Origin: Candidatus Pacebacteria bacterium UBA1364
Lineage (GTDB): Bacteria; Patescibacteriota; Microgenomatia; UBA1400; PJMF01
DNA length: 55,870 bases
NCBI GenBank assembly: GCA_002306345.1
Contig: DBRQ01000009.1
Span: 1 to 55,870 of the forward strand
Reading direction: 5' to 3'
Shown here: positions 20,963 to 30,784 of the stretch, piece after piece
How positions within the stretch are numbered: the first letter of the stretch is position 1
How the letters are laid out: each line of letters opens with the position of its first letter
Made by a program: the position numbers and the translations under genes
Notes under the pieces: model-generated
Seen by the model: only the letters and a program-made list of their open reading frames with translations
Database searches by the model: none
What the model was told of the DNA's origin: nothing

Positions 20963-23389
20963 TTGATGCCAGAAAATATTGAACCCCTGCCTTTAGCCAA
21001 TAAAACTATTCTTGTTATTAATACGGGGTCTCTCAAAAAGAGATTTATTCTGCAGAAAATCAGGAAAATACCTGGTTTGAGAATCGTGGTGGCTCACGTT
21101 GAAAAAAATTGGGCTGATAAATACGTTGACGAGTGGATTATTACAGATACCACCAAACATGCAGAGACGCTTAAAACCATAGATGAGTATCTAAAAACCC
21201 ATCGAGTAGATGGGGTAATTACTTTTTGGGAAGATGATGTTTTATTAACTGCCAAAATTGCTGAAAAATATGGACTAGTTGGCATTCCCTACAACGTTGC
21301 TCAGAGAGCGAGAAATAAATTACTTTTTAGACAATTTTGCCAAGAAAATGAATTACCCTTTCCAAAATTTGGTCGGGCCAATTCCAAAGAAGAATTAAAA
21401 GAGCTCATGAAAACTCTTAAGTTGCCGGTGGTGATTAAACCAGCTTTTGGTTCTAGCAGTGCTTATGTCATTAAGGCTGAGAATCAAAAGGAGGTCCTAG
21501 AAGTGTTTGAGTTTGTCAAAACAAATATTTCTACAAGAATCGAGTCTGCTCTTGAGGATGGAACTGATATTGTCGTGGAAGAATACATAGAAGGTAATGA
21601 GGTAGACATCGATATCCTGTTGCAAAACGGAAGAATCAAGTTTTTTTCTATCAGTGATAATCTACAAACCAAAGAGCCATTTTTCCTTGAGTCTGGATAC
21701 AATTTGCCATCTTCTTTACCCTTGGACAGTCAAAAAAAACTAATCAACATGGCTGAACTAGTTTTAGAAAAGCTTGGCGTTATGAATGGTTGTATTCATT
21801 TTGAAGCCAAATCTACTGAAAATGGGCCGGTGCCTTTGGAAGTTAATTTGAGAATGGGAGGCGATGAGGTTTATCCAGCCGTTAAAAAAGTTTGGCATGT
21901 CGATCTAATTGAAGAAGCTATTAAAATAGCTTGTGGTATTTATGTGCCAGTTTTGGAAAAAAAAGAACCCTATACTTACGTGGCAGCTCAGTCGATTATC
22001 GCTGAAAAATCAGGAGTGATTTGTAAATTATATTTGCCCAAAAAATTTGATCATGACTTAGAAGTTAGTGAATTTCATTTTAACAAAGAAGTGGGCGATG
22101 TGGTTTTTGTGCCACCCAATAATTTCGAATTTCTAGGTTGGACACTTGTTACTGGTGATAATGCCATTGAAGCGAACGCAAATTTAGAGGAGGTTTTGTC
22201 GCAAATTTCTTATGAAATTACTCCATTTTCTTCAATTTCTTCCTTAGGTAAAACGCAGAGACGCTCGCGTTTTTCTTCAGCCGCTCTTGATCATGCCATG
22301 TTGGAGGGTAAAGCCAGAATTGAAAAAATTCGTTTAAGCGATAAAAAAAATCAGAGAAAATTAAAAATAGGAGTCGCTTGTAATACATTTGTGAGTAAAG
22401 ACGGAGAAGTCGAAGCTGAATTAACCAGTATGGGCAAAACCATTCAAAATACGTTGGAGGAACGTGGTTATCAAACCACTTTTATAGATTTTAATCATCT
22501 TAATGAAGCTACTGATATACTGAAACATGGCCAAGTTGATTTAGTTTTTAATGTGAGCGAAAGATTAAACAATTCCAGTTTGCTGGAACCGCACATTGCT
22601 TCACTGTTTGACATGTATCAAGTGCCCTACACTGGTTCCAATCCTCTCACCTTGGGATTATGTATGGACAAAATTACAGTTAAAAAACTACTGACTTATC
22701 ATGATATTCCTACCGCCAAATGGGACTACAAGCATGATCTCAAAGACGAATTAAGGAGCGATTTACGTTATCCTTTGATTGTTAAACCTTCCAATACCGA
22801 CAACTCTATAGGAATTACTAATAATTCTGTAGTTACTAACAAAAAACAATTACAGACTCAATTAGAGTACGTGCTGACTCAATTGAAACGACCCGCTTTG
22901 GTAGAAGAATATCTAGAGGGAGATGAATATGATGTTTCTATTATTGGTAGTGAAGATGATGATTTAAGAGTTTTACCTTTAGCTCGAACGATTTTTGATC
23001 AATTACCAGATAATTATTGGCATATTTGTCCTTATGATTTAAAGTTTGGTAAAGCTTCTCTTTATGAACAATATTTGACTACACAAATTCCGCCCAAAAA
23101 TGTTAATTACAAATTATTAAAGCTAATTACAGAAATTGCTTTAGATACTTATAATATTTTGGACTGTCATGATTATGGTTTGGTTGATATTAAATTAGAT
23201 CGAGATGACAATCCCTACGTCCTAGAACTCAATCCTAATCCACCTATCAACAAAGGGAATCGTTTACCCACTGCGGCAGAGTTAATTGGTTTAAATTATG
23301 GTGATCTTTTGGAAGAGATTATTGCTCTTACGATTAAGCGTTACAAAAATAAGCCACCATATTATCACCTACAGCCTAATCTTGGATAA
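20963..23389 (+). CDS. double ATP-grasp ligase (N-terminal carboxylate-amine-ligase-like module plus C-terminal D-Ala-D-Ala-ligase-like module)
   Basis: Module 1: LPVVIKPAFGSSSAYV, VVEEYIEGNEVDIDIL, HFEAK...LEVNLRMGG. Module 2: YPLIVKPSNTDNSIGI, LVEEYLEGDEYDVSI, VDIKLDRDDNPYVLELNPNP. Confidence 0.7.
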   Translation: MMPENIEPLPLANKTILVINTGSLKKRFILQKIRKIPGLRIVVAHVEKNWADKYVDEWIITDTTKHAETLKTIDEYLKTHRVDGVITFWEDDVLLTAKIAEKYGLVGIPYNVAQRARNKLLFRQFCQENELPFPKFGRANSKEELKELMKTLKLPVVIKPAFGSSSAYVIKAENQKEVLEVFEFVKTNISTRIESALEDGTDIVVEEYIEGNEVDIDILLQNGRIKFFSISDNLQTKEPFFLESGYNLPSSLPLDSQKKLINMAELVLEKLGVMNGCIHFEAKSTENGPVPLEVNLRMGGDEVYPAVKKVWHVDLIEEAIKIACGIYVPVLEKKEPYTYVAAQSIIAEKSGVICKLYLPKKFDHDLEVSEFHFNKEVGDVVFVPPNNFEFLGWTLVTGDNAIEANANLEEVLSQISYEITPFSSISSLGKTQRRSRFSSAALDHAMLEGKARIEKIRLSDKKNQRKLKIGVACNTFVSKDGEVEAELTSMGKTIQNTLEERGYQTTFIDFNHLNEATDILKHGQVDLVFNVSERLNNSSLLEPHIASLFDMYQVPYTGSNPLTLGLCMDKITVKKLLTYHDIPTAKWDYKHDLKDELRSDLRYPLIVKPSNTDNSIGITNNSVVTNKKQLQTQLEYVLTQLKRPALVEEYLEGDEYDVSIIGSEDDDLRVLPLARTIFDQLPDNYWHICPYDLKFGKASLYEQYLTTQIPPKNVNYKLLKLITEIALDTYNILDCHDYGLVDIKLDRDDNPYVLELNPNPPINKGNRLPTAAELIGLNYGDLLEEIIALTIKRYKNKPPYYHLQPNLG

Positions 23390-24167
23390 GTTTGGCTTGA
23401 ATGGCCATAAATAGGGGAATCTCAGCGCGAGCACGGTTTTCCATTTTAGCGGCTTTGCCTACACTGTCTTTGTCTGAAGCCCACTCTTCGATTTTTTCAA
23501 TCACAAAACCTGCTTCATAAAGCATTTTGCTGTAATCCTGCAAACTATGATGGAAAGACCAAATAAAATTTTTGCCTTGTTGCTTGATCTTTTCTCCAGG
23601 ATGAATATCAATTGGAATTTTTAAGGGTGATAAATAACGATTAACATAACGTTGCTGTTGCTTGCTTTTTTCATCGATACTCCAACCAGATTGACGAGGA
23701 ATACGAAAACAAGGATGATTGAGAACAATCACCAGCGAACCGCCTTTTTTAAGATAGTTAGCTGCATTTTTAATAACATTTTCTGCCGGTTCAATGTTTT
23801 GCAGCGCTAAAATAATCGCGGCTTTATCAAATTTTTCTTCTTTTGCCTTTAACAATTTACATAGATCACAGACTAAAAATTCATAATTGTTTTGCTTATT
23901 TTTATTTTTGGCTTCTTTAATTAACTCTTTGGATAAATCTAAACCAAGATATTTTTGCAGATGAGGGACATGTCGTGCCAAAATACCTTGGCCACAGGCT
24001 AAATCAACTAAACTGTCCTCATTTTTTAAATCAAGTAAACGTAAAACTCCAGGAATAACTAGGTGTTCGTGATAATAATGACCCTCTTCACCAACAATTT
24101 TGTTGTACCATGGGGCAACTTGGTTCCAGGACGTATTTTGTGTTTTTGTTGTTAGACGAGTTTGCAC
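23376..24167 (-). CDS. class I SAM-dependent methyltransferase
   Basis: LVDLACGQG (motif I), LGLDLS, and GGSLVIVLNHP. Confidence 0.75.
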   Translation of the reverse strand: MQTRLTTKTQNTSWNQVAPWYNKIVGEEGHYYHEHLVIPGVLRLLDLKNEDSLVDLACGQGILARHVPHLQKYLGLDLSKELIKEAKNKNKQNNYEFLVCDLCKLLKAKEEKFDKAAIILALQNIEPAENVIKNAANYLKKGGSLVIVLNHPCFRIPRQSGWSIDEKSKQQQRYVNRYLSPLKIPIDIHPGEKIKQQGKNFIWSFHHSLQDYSKMLYEAGFVIEKIEEWASDKDSVGKAAKMENRARAEIPLFMAIQAKLIQD

Positions 24168-24277
24168 ACTAGATATTATAACTTAATTACTACCATTACT
24201 GTGTTGATTAGTGAGCATAGTTATATTAGTTTTTAAAGATTGCTTATTGGGATGTTTTATAATAAGCTTTAGCAGAT

Positions 24278-24811
24278 ATGAAACAAAAAATTATTACCAT
24301 TATTATCATTGCCGTGATAGCTGTTTTGCTCTCTTTGGTGGTAATTGCTAGCAATAATAGTGAAAATCAGGCTAACCAGCAAAAATTAGAATCTTTGCAA
24401 AAAGGCGAACCAATTCTTTATTATGGTAGCACCTGCTCACATTGTCAGGAAGTTGAAGCTTGGTTAAAAGCCAATCAAATAGAAGAAAAAATGCAGTTTG
24501 CTCAAAAAGAAGTCTATAACAATCGCCAAAATGCCATAGAATTAAGCGAAGTGGCCACTCTTTGTGGATTCGATACACAAAATATTCCAGTACCATTTCT
24601 CTATGCAGAAAATCAATGTTTAACTGGTTCGGTGGATATTATTCAATATTTTGGAGAGAAATTAGGCATTGCTGTAGACAAAGAGGTTGGTCAAGCTACC
24701 ACTTCAGCAGTGATGCAAACAGAAACTCAAGTAGCGACGCAAGCAGCGACCCAAACAGTAACCCAAGCGGCTAAGCAAGCGGAAGGGAGCGCAAGTGCAA
24801 TTAGCAATTAA
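24278..24811 (+). CDS. membrane-anchored thioredoxin/glutaredoxin-fold protein (CxxC) with T/Q/A-rich C-terminal tail
   Basis: N-terminal TM helix, YYGSTCSHCQEVEAWL (CxxC), IPVPFLY (cis-Pro region), and low-complexity QTETQVATQAATQTVTQAAKQA. Confidence 0.6.
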   Translation: MKQKIITIIIIAVIAVLLSLVVIASNNSENQANQQKLESLQKGEPILYYGSTCSHCQEVEAWLKANQIEEKMQFAQKEVYNNRQNAIELSEVATLCGFDTQNIPVPFLYAENQCLTGSVDIIQYFGEKLGIAVDKEVGQATTSAVMQTETQVATQAATQTVTQAAKQAEGSASAISN

Positions 24812-25298
24812 TTTTATTTTTCTTTTGCTATTTTTAATCTTTGCGCCGAAGGCGCAAGCGGTTTGTCCAATTTGTACGGTTGCAGTTGGTACTGGTTTAG
24901 TTTTTTTTAGATATTTAGGAATTGATGATAGTATTACTGGATTGTGGATTGGGGCTTTGATTCTCTCTAGTGCTTTGTGGACGGCTCATTGGTTGCAAAC
25001 TAAACCATGGAAAATTCCTCATAAAACAGTCCTTTCTATAATTCTTTTTTACCTTTTGGTAATTCCGCCCCTATTTTGGATGGGAATGATTGGTCATGAA
25101 TTCAATACCATTTTTGGCATTGATAAAGTGTTATTTGGCACTGGCGTTGGTTCTGTGGTTTTTATGGCAGGTATTTATTTAGACAAATATTTGCGTACTC
25201 TCAACCATGGCAAAGTTTTTATTTACTTTCAAAAAGTTATTGCTCCAGTACTGTTACTTAGTATTTTTAGTGTGATTTTCTTTTTAATTACACGTTGA
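24795..25298 (+). CDS. polytopic membrane protein with a CxxC directly after the signal peptide
   Basis: Signal-like LIFAPKAQA followed by VCPICTV, then 4-5 hydrophobic spans. GTG start overlaps the upstream gene by 17 nt. Confidence 0.5.
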   Translation: MQLAINFIFLLLFLIFAPKAQAVCPICTVAVGTGLVFFRYLGIDDSITGLWIGALILSSALWTAHWLQTKPWKIPHKTVLSIILFYLLVIPPLFWMGMIGHEFNTIFGIDKVLFGTGVGSVVFMAGIYLDKYLRTLNHGKVFIYFQKVIAPVLLLSIFSVIFFLITR

Positions 25299-25306
25299 AA
25301 GGTCAT

Positions 25307-25873
25307 ATGACTCAAACTAAAAAGTTTACATCATTGGACTTGGCTGATTTCATGAAAAAAGTAAAAAAAATGGAAAAGGGTGAAAAATTTGATTTGTCCT
25401 CTGATGAAGATTTGTCTATTGCCATCATGAATTTAATTAGTATTGAAGAACATTTATTTTTTACAGCAAATAAAACTGGTAAATCAAGTTATTATGATTT
25501 GCTTTATGAGGTTAGAGAAATGCGCAAAGAATTGCTGGCGAAAATTATTAAAGAATACGAAGGCGAAAATTGGTGCATCAGTAAACATTTATTAGCCTCG
25601 TCTATGCGTTTGATGGAAGTTGGCACGAAAATGTTAACCAAAGGTGATAATAAAGCCGCTCAAGAAATGTTTAAGAAATCTTACAATCTTTACTCTTTGT
25701 TTTGGGGTTTAAATTTGGGAGCAGTGAAATTAGATGGTTCAAATCAAGCTAAACTAGGCGATAACATTGAATTACTTTCTGATACCACTCCAGTTAAAAG
25801 TAAAGTTAAACTAAGTGTTTTTGATAAACTGGGTGAAATGGTTAAAAAGGCCGTCGATTGTTGCATTGAATAA
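25307..25873 (+). CDS. hypothetical protein
   Basis: ATG 25307 is preceded by GAAAGG. The track start 25295 is a TTG. No recognisable motif. The C-terminus ends ..VDCCIE. Confidence 0.5.
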   Translation: MTQTKKFTSLDLADFMKKVKKMEKGEKFDLSSDEDLSIAIMNLISIEEHLFFTANKTGKSSYYDLLYEVREMRKELLAKIIKEYEGENWCISKHLLASSMRLMEVGTKMLTKGDNKAAQEMFKKSYNLYSLFWGLNLGAVKLDGSNQAKLGDNIELLSDTTPVKSKVKLSVFDKLGEMVKKAVDCCIE

Positions 25874-25917
25874 TTTATTTTTTGTAGATAAATTGACAAG
25901 CAATGAATTTCTATTGA

Positions 25918-27036
25918 TTAAATTTGGCTTTTAATTAGCGCTTGAAGCTGTGTCCAATCATTCATGCCAGCTTTCGGAATCACAATAAATGCTCCTTCAC
26001 TGGATTTGCCATTTTGTAAAACATTGTCCGGACTTAAATTAATGCTTTTGATAGTAAATTCATCAACATTAATGAGCAGTGGAACTAAGTATTGAACACT
26101 TGCTAGATCCAAATTAGTTGTGACGTGTTGGCTAAATGCTTCATAATACTTAGGAACATCTTTTAGTACTTCTAATTTAAATAATTTATCGCGAATAGCG
26201 GTTAAAACTTCCACTTGGCGGCGGCTGCGATCATAATCGCTGGAGCTGTGGCGCGAGCGTACGTACGCGAGCGCATCAGCACCTTCCATTTTGACTTTAC
26301 CTGGCGGATAAACTAAGTGCTTGTAGCGACAAGTAAATTTGCTTTCTAATTCAAAACCACTATAGGTAGCAGTCATGCTGGCAATTTCCTCTGGCGAAAA
26401 GCCGCAGGGATCAAGTTGGGCACCTTCAATAGGATACCAAGGATCATCAAGAGCTTGTGTCACGTTGACTTCAATACTGCCTAATTCATAGCCAATAGTT
26501 CTTTGGAAACCAACAAAATCGATGCCGATAAAATATTTAATGGGTAAACCGGTAATTTGACTGAGACTTTTTTGCATTAGTTCTAGACCAGCGCTCACTC
26601 CGCCGCCTTGACTCATACCAACGCTCATTAGTGCGTTCACTTTATAATTTTTACCGTCTTTAGCAGATAAATATAAATCTCTGGGAATTGAGATAAAGGT
26701 GAGTTGCTTTTTGGGGAAATCAAAATGAGCTATTTGAATGATATCACTTAAAAAACCTCCCTCATGGCCAGCGCCACCGTAGCCAGCTAATAAAACATTT
26801 AAAGTTGTTCGATCTTCTGCTTTAATTTTGTCTGTATCTGAGTTAATTGTTTGATCGAGATCTAAGTCAAGCGAATTTGCTGTTTCTAGTTTTGCTTCTT
26901 TTTTTCGACCAAAATAGTGATAACTAGCAATGGCAGAAACAGTAACGACCAATAAAATAATGGCGGCTAATACGGCATAAATAATGATTTTTTGCTTTTT
27001 TTCTAACTTTTTATTTTTTTGCCAAGCTTGCCACAT
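25918..27036 (-). CDS. LytR-CpsA-Psr (LCP) family cell-envelope phosphotransferase
   Basis: N-terminal TM anchor, LNVLLAGYGG..GGFLSDIIQIAHFD, ISIPRDLY, ALAYVRSRH, RQ. Confidence 0.8.
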   Translation of the reverse strand: MWQAWQKNKKLEKKQKIIIYAVLAAIILLVVTVSAIASYHYFGRKKEAKLETANSLDLDLDQTINSDTDKIKAEDRTTLNVLLAGYGGAGHEGGFLSDIIQIAHFDFPKKQLTFISIPRDLYLSAKDGKNYKVNALMSVGMSQGGGVSAGLELMQKSLSQITGLPIKYFIGIDFVGFQRTIGYELGSIEVNVTQALDDPWYPIEGAQLDPCGFSPEEIASMTATYSGFELESKFTCRYKHLVYPPGKVKMEGADALAYVRSRHSSSDYDRSRRQVEVLTAIRDKLFKLEVLKDVPKYYEAFSQHVTTNLDLASVQYLVPLLINVDEFTIKSINLSPDNVLQNGKSSEGAFIVIPKAGMNDWTQLQALIKSQI

Positions 27037-27094
27037 TAGCCTAGAGTATAACCAATCTTATAATCTAGAACAAGCTCACAATAGCGATGTCTCT

Positions 27095-27268
27095 ATGCAA
27101 GATTTAGCAGTTGGAGAAACTGTTACAGTTATCGGCACTAGTAATACTGATGGAAGTTTAACTGCTCAAACGGTGACACTGGGAGAAACGATGATGCCAG
27201 TAGGACAAACTCGTCTTGAAGACTTACCTAGGGGCGCAGGTCAAGTATCTCCTTCGGAAAGCAAATAA
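27095..27268 (+). CDS. small ORF / C-terminal remnant of a secreted protein (..VGETVTVIGTSNTDGSLTAQTVTLGE..)
   Basis: The first in-frame ATG lying outside the LCP gene. TATAAT at 27059..27064 upstream and a strong terminator downstream. Confidence 0.3.
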   Translation: MQDLAVGETVTVIGTSNTDGSLTAQTVTLGETMMPVGQTRLEDLPRGAGQVSPSESK

Positions 27269-27297
27269 ATCAAAAATTACTAATTTGTCAGTGGAAA

Positions 27298-27332
27298 CCA
27301 GAAACATTTATCCAGGTGTTTCTGGTTTTTTT
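27298..27332 (+). terminator. Rho-independent terminator
   Basis: Stem ccagaaaca (27298..27306) pairs with tgtttctgg (27317..27325), followed by a T7 run. Confidence 0.7.
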
Positions 27333-27334
27333 AA

Positions 27335-27343
27335 TGTTATAAT
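27335..27343 (+). promoter_or_regulatory. extended -10 box TGtTATAAT, 6 nt before the ATG at 27350 (leaderless-type geometry)
   Basis: Read directly from the sequence. Confidence 0.4.
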
Positions 27344-27349
27344 TTTTTT

Positions 27350-28138
27350 ATGAAAAAAATTTATCAAGAAAAGGTTTTTGTTTTTCCCTATGATAGTTAT
27401 CGTTTTGCTGGCCAAGCTACTGATGAAAGAATTCTTTATATTACTAGAGAACACAAGTTTTTTTTATTTATTAAAATGTTTTTTGTTTTATTAATTGCTG
27501 CAGCAATTTTTTTGGCAACTTACGTTTTTTCTTTAGCGTTTAAAAATATTTTTGCTTTTGATTATCCTTCTTTTTTGTTGCCCCTAATTTTAATTTTAAT
27601 AGTTGCCTTAATTATTATTGGTTTTTGGTGGGTTTATAGTGTATGGCAAAAAAGTTTAGCTATTTTAACTAACCAACGATTAACTAAGATTATTTACACT
27701 ACTCCTTTTAATCGTTATAACCAAAGTTTACCTCTGGAAATGATTGTTGACACGAGCTGCAGTAATCAGGGATTTTTTGGAGGCATTGCTCATTCTTTAC
27801 TCAAAATTGATACTCTAACTGCTCGCTCAAGTGCTTCAAGTTCTGGAGTGGCTACCAATGATGTTAGCAGGGTTAATAAGAAATATTTTTATCTTGAAAA
27901 TATTCAATATTGTGAAGATTTACAACAATATTTGAACAAAATTTTAAGTGTGCTTAGTCATTCTCCAGAGCGATTATCAAGTTTTAGACCATTTGTACCT
28001 AATTTGAAAGCCGAAGCACGAGCAAAATTTTTGCAAGAACATTATAAGGTAGGAGAAGAAGGTGTGGAAGTGAAAAAAGAACAGAATAAAATAGAAGAAC
28101 AGGCACAATTGAGTCAAGAAGAGAAGCCAGTCAGCTAA
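27350..28138 (+). CDS. membrane protein, possibly bacterial PH-domain (YdbS/YdbT-like)
   Basis: Two adjacent TM helices followed by ILTNQRLTKIIYT..., with a charged C-terminus. The family call is weak. Confidence 0.45.
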   Translation: MKKIYQEKVFVFPYDSYRFAGQATDERILYITREHKFFLFIKMFFVLLIAAAIFLATYVFSLAFKNIFAFDYPSFLLPLILILIVALIIIGFWWVYSVWQKSLAILTNQRLTKIIYTTPFNRYNQSLPLEMIVDTSCSNQGFFGGIAHSLLKIDTLTARSSASSSGVATNDVSRVNKKYFYLENIQYCEDLQQYLNKILSVLSHSPERLSSFRPFVPNLKAEARAKFLQEHYKVGEEGVEVKKEQNKIEEQAQLSQEEKPVS

Positions 28139-28281
28139 TTTCTCAGCCTCATCGGTCAAGCTAAACACGATTTGGTCAAAACTGATTATGACAAATTAAT
28201 GCAAATTTTGACGATCTAAGAGTTAGCAGTCAATTAAAGAAAGGCAGCACTTTTAGTCTGCATTTGTGTTAAACTGGGCTC

Positions 28282-29430
28282 ATGTTCGATGTAGATATTC
28301 AAGATGTTTTAGCTCAATATAATTACCCTTTGCGTAAAGATAAAATTGCCAATCAGCCGGTTTTTCCGCGTGATCACTCTAAACTTTTAGCTCTCAATCG
28401 CCACGATGGAACATTAACTGATTATTTTTTTTATGAATTAGCTGATCTTTTAAGTCGCAACGACGTTTTGGTACTTAATGAAACTAAAGTTTTTAGCGCT
28501 CGTTTACTTGGTAAAAAACAAAGTGGTGGTAAAGTGGAATTGCTACTAATTAGACAAATGACTTTAGACACTTTTGAAGCCATTGCCAAACCTGGTTTAA
28601 AACCTGGCCAAAAACTTTTTTTTCCTAGAAGAAGTTTTTTGGAAAGTGACGACAGTTTATCTGCCGATTTAGATTTTGGAGATTTTTTGCAAGCTTTGGT
28701 AATTTCCCGCGATGATGACAGCGCTAAAGTTCGAGTGCAATTTAATCGAGAGGGAGACGACTTATTAGCGGAGATTGATCTTTGCGGTTTTACGCCGCTG
28801 CCGCCCTATATTCATTCCACCCAAAAAGAGGCAATCGTCAAAGAGGAATATCAAACCGTTTACGCCAAGGCAACGGGTTCGGCGGCAGCGCCTACCGCAG
28901 GTTTGCATTTTACGCAAGCACTTTTGCATCAACTAGAAAAAAAAGGAGTACAAATCGAAAAAGTGATTTTGCATGTTGGTTTGGGCACTTTTGCTAAATT
29001 AACTAGTGAAAATTTAAAAACTAAAACTTTGCATAGTGAACACTACGAAATTACAGAGGCCACTGCCAGTCGTTTAAACCAGGCTAAAAAATTGGGCAAA
29101 AGAATCATTGCGGTTGGGACAACCAGCGCTCGAACTTTAGAATCAGCAGTTTTATTATCTGCTACAAAAAAAGAATTATTACCCCTCACCAAAGAAACTA
29201 ATATTTTTATTGATCCACCTTATCAATTTAATTTTGTTGATGCTTTAATTACCAATTTTCATTTGCCCAAATCTAGTTTATTAATGCTAGTCTCTGCCTT
29301 TTGCTCTGCGCCAAACACCAACCAAAAATTTGAATCTTTTCTCAATTCAAATATTGGTCGGGCTTATATATATGGCCTGCAAAATAACTACAGATTTTTT
29401 AGTTTTGGTGATGCAATGTTTATTTATTAA
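28282..29430 (+). CDS. queA: S-adenosylmethionine:tRNA ribosyltransferase-isomerase
   Basis: YNYPLRKDKIANQP..PRD.SKLL, LNETKVF.ARL, PLPPYI, YQTVYA...GSAAAPTAGLHFT, AVGTTS.RTLES, TNFHLPKSSLLMLVSAF. Confidence 0.92.
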   Translation: MFDVDIQDVLAQYNYPLRKDKIANQPVFPRDHSKLLALNRHDGTLTDYFFYELADLLSRNDVLVLNETKVFSARLLGKKQSGGKVELLLIRQMTLDTFEAIAKPGLKPGQKLFFPRRSFLESDDSLSADLDFGDFLQALVISRDDDSAKVRVQFNREGDDLLAEIDLCGFTPLPPYIHSTQKEAIVKEEYQTVYAKATGSAAAPTAGLHFTQALLHQLEKKGVQIEKVILHVGLGTFAKLTSENLKTKTLHSEHYEITEATASRLNQAKKLGKRIIAVGTTSARTLESAVLLSATKKELLPLTKETNIFIDPPYQFNFVDALITNFHLPKSSLLMLVSAFCSAPNTNQKFESFLNSNIGRAYIYGLQNNYRFFSFGDAMFIY

Positions 29431-29460
29431 AGATTTTGATTTACTGGGAATTGCAATGTA

Positions 29461-30666
29461 GTGATGGATGAACCGATTATGAATATTTCTTCAGATAAAA
29501 AATTAGCTCTTAAGCAGATTTTAGCTTGGTATACCAAGCAGCAGAAACAAGCAGTGAACACTAACAATCAGCAGTACCTAACTTTGGGCGGTTATGCTGG
29601 CACGGGCAAAACCACTTTGATTGCCATTTTACGCAAGATTTTATTTAAACAAAATCCAAAAATTAGGGTGGCTTTTGCCGCTTTTACAGGGAAAGCTGCT
29701 CGGGTTTTAAAAACTTATCTCAAAGACAATGGTGTTTTATATAAAAATGACAGTATTGGTACCATTCACTCACTTATTTATAGCGTTATTGAAAATGAAA
29801 GACACGAAATTATTGGCTGGAAACGCAAAGAGGAAATTAAAGCCGATTTGATCATCATCGATGAAGCTTCCATGGTTGATCAAAAAATTTGGTTTGACTT
29901 ACTTGCTTTCAATATTTCTATTTTAGCGGTTGGCGATCACGGACAATTACCACCAATTAACGGTCAGTTTAATTTAATGGAAAATCCGGCAATTAAATTA
30001 GAAGAAATTCACCGACAAATGGCCGATAATCCAATTATTAAATTATCAATTGCAGCCAGAAAATTTGGTCACATTGAAATCGGTAATTACGGGCAAGGGG
30101 TAAGAAAATTAAATAAAAATGATCCTGAGTCTGCTGAAATGATTGAAAACTATTTGCAAAGTTATAACAAAGACACTTTAATTTTGTGTGGTTACAATAA
30201 TACCCGTACTAAACTCAATAATTATTTACGCACTCTTTTAGGTTTTGAATCGGCTTTGCCCCAAGCTGGCGATCGCATTATTTGTTTGCGCAATAACCAA
30301 CAAAAAGCTGTTTTTAATGGTATGCTGGGAACGCTACAAAGAGTAACTAGTAAAGATGAAAATTTTTACGAGGTTAAAATTTTATTTGATGATGAGGAAC
30401 AAGTCTTTGAGGGGTTAGCGGTCAAAAAGCAATTTGGTGCGAGTACAACTTTAAGCTTTACTAAAGAATTGCGCGTGCTTACACTGCAGGCGGAACTTTT
30501 TGATTTTGCTTATGCGCTCACCGTTCATAAAGCTCAGGGTAGCCAAGCCAATAGAGTAATTTTATTTGAAGAGCGTTTTAAACAAATGTCTGATTTAGAT
30601 TGGCGCCGCTGGCTTTACACAGCGGTTACTAGAGCAGAAAATGAATTAATTATTTTAGGTGATTAA
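29461..30666 (+). CDS. RecD/Pif1-like SF1B DNA helicase
   Basis: GYAGTGKTT (Walker A), LIIIDEASMV, AVGDHGQLPPI, TVHKAQGSQANRVIL, YTAVTRAENEL. The start is uncertain (GTG 29461 or ATG 29464). Confidence 0.8.
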   Translation: MMDEPIMNISSDKKLALKQILAWYTKQQKQAVNTNNQQYLTLGGYAGTGKTTLIAILRKILFKQNPKIRVAFAAFTGKAARVLKTYLKDNGVLYKNDSIGTIHSLIYSVIENERHEIIGWKRKEEIKADLIIIDEASMVDQKIWFDLLAFNISILAVGDHGQLPPINGQFNLMENPAIKLEEIHRQMADNPIIKLSIAARKFGHIEIGNYGQGVRKLNKNDPESAEMIENYLQSYNKDTLILCGYNNTRTKLNNYLRTLLGFESALPQAGDRIICLRNNQQKAVFNGMLGTLQRVTSKDENFYEVKILFDDEEQVFEGLAVKKQFGASTTLSFTKELRVLTLQAELFDFAYALTVHKAQGSQANRVILFEERFKQMSDLDWRRWLYTAVTRAENELIILGD

Positions 30667-30784
30667 ATTAGTGTAATTAAATAAATTGCGTTTAGATTCT
30701 CCTTAAATGAAAAAATCTAAAATGTATGCCCCCGCGTACAGTGATAATTAGATTTTTGCCCATTCAACCGTTATAATAATATTT

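Noticed and set aside
20963-23389. Cyanophycin synthetase call for the 808-aa double ATP-grasp protein
   Set aside because: CphA combines one ATP-grasp with a Mur-ligase-type domain. Here both halves are ATP-grasp modules and no Mur-ligase motifs are visible.
26984-27094. N-terminal 37 codons of track ORF 26984..27268
   Set aside because: This part overlaps the 5' end of the well-supported LCP gene on the opposite strand and reads as hydrophobic noise (MIFCFFSNFLFFCQ..). Only the part from ATG 27095 is kept, and with low confidence.
30687-30725. Hairpin tttagatt...aatctaaa downstream of the RecD-like gene as a terminator
   Set aside because: The stem is AT-only, the loop is long (~14 nt) and no T tract follows. 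This is too weak to annotate.
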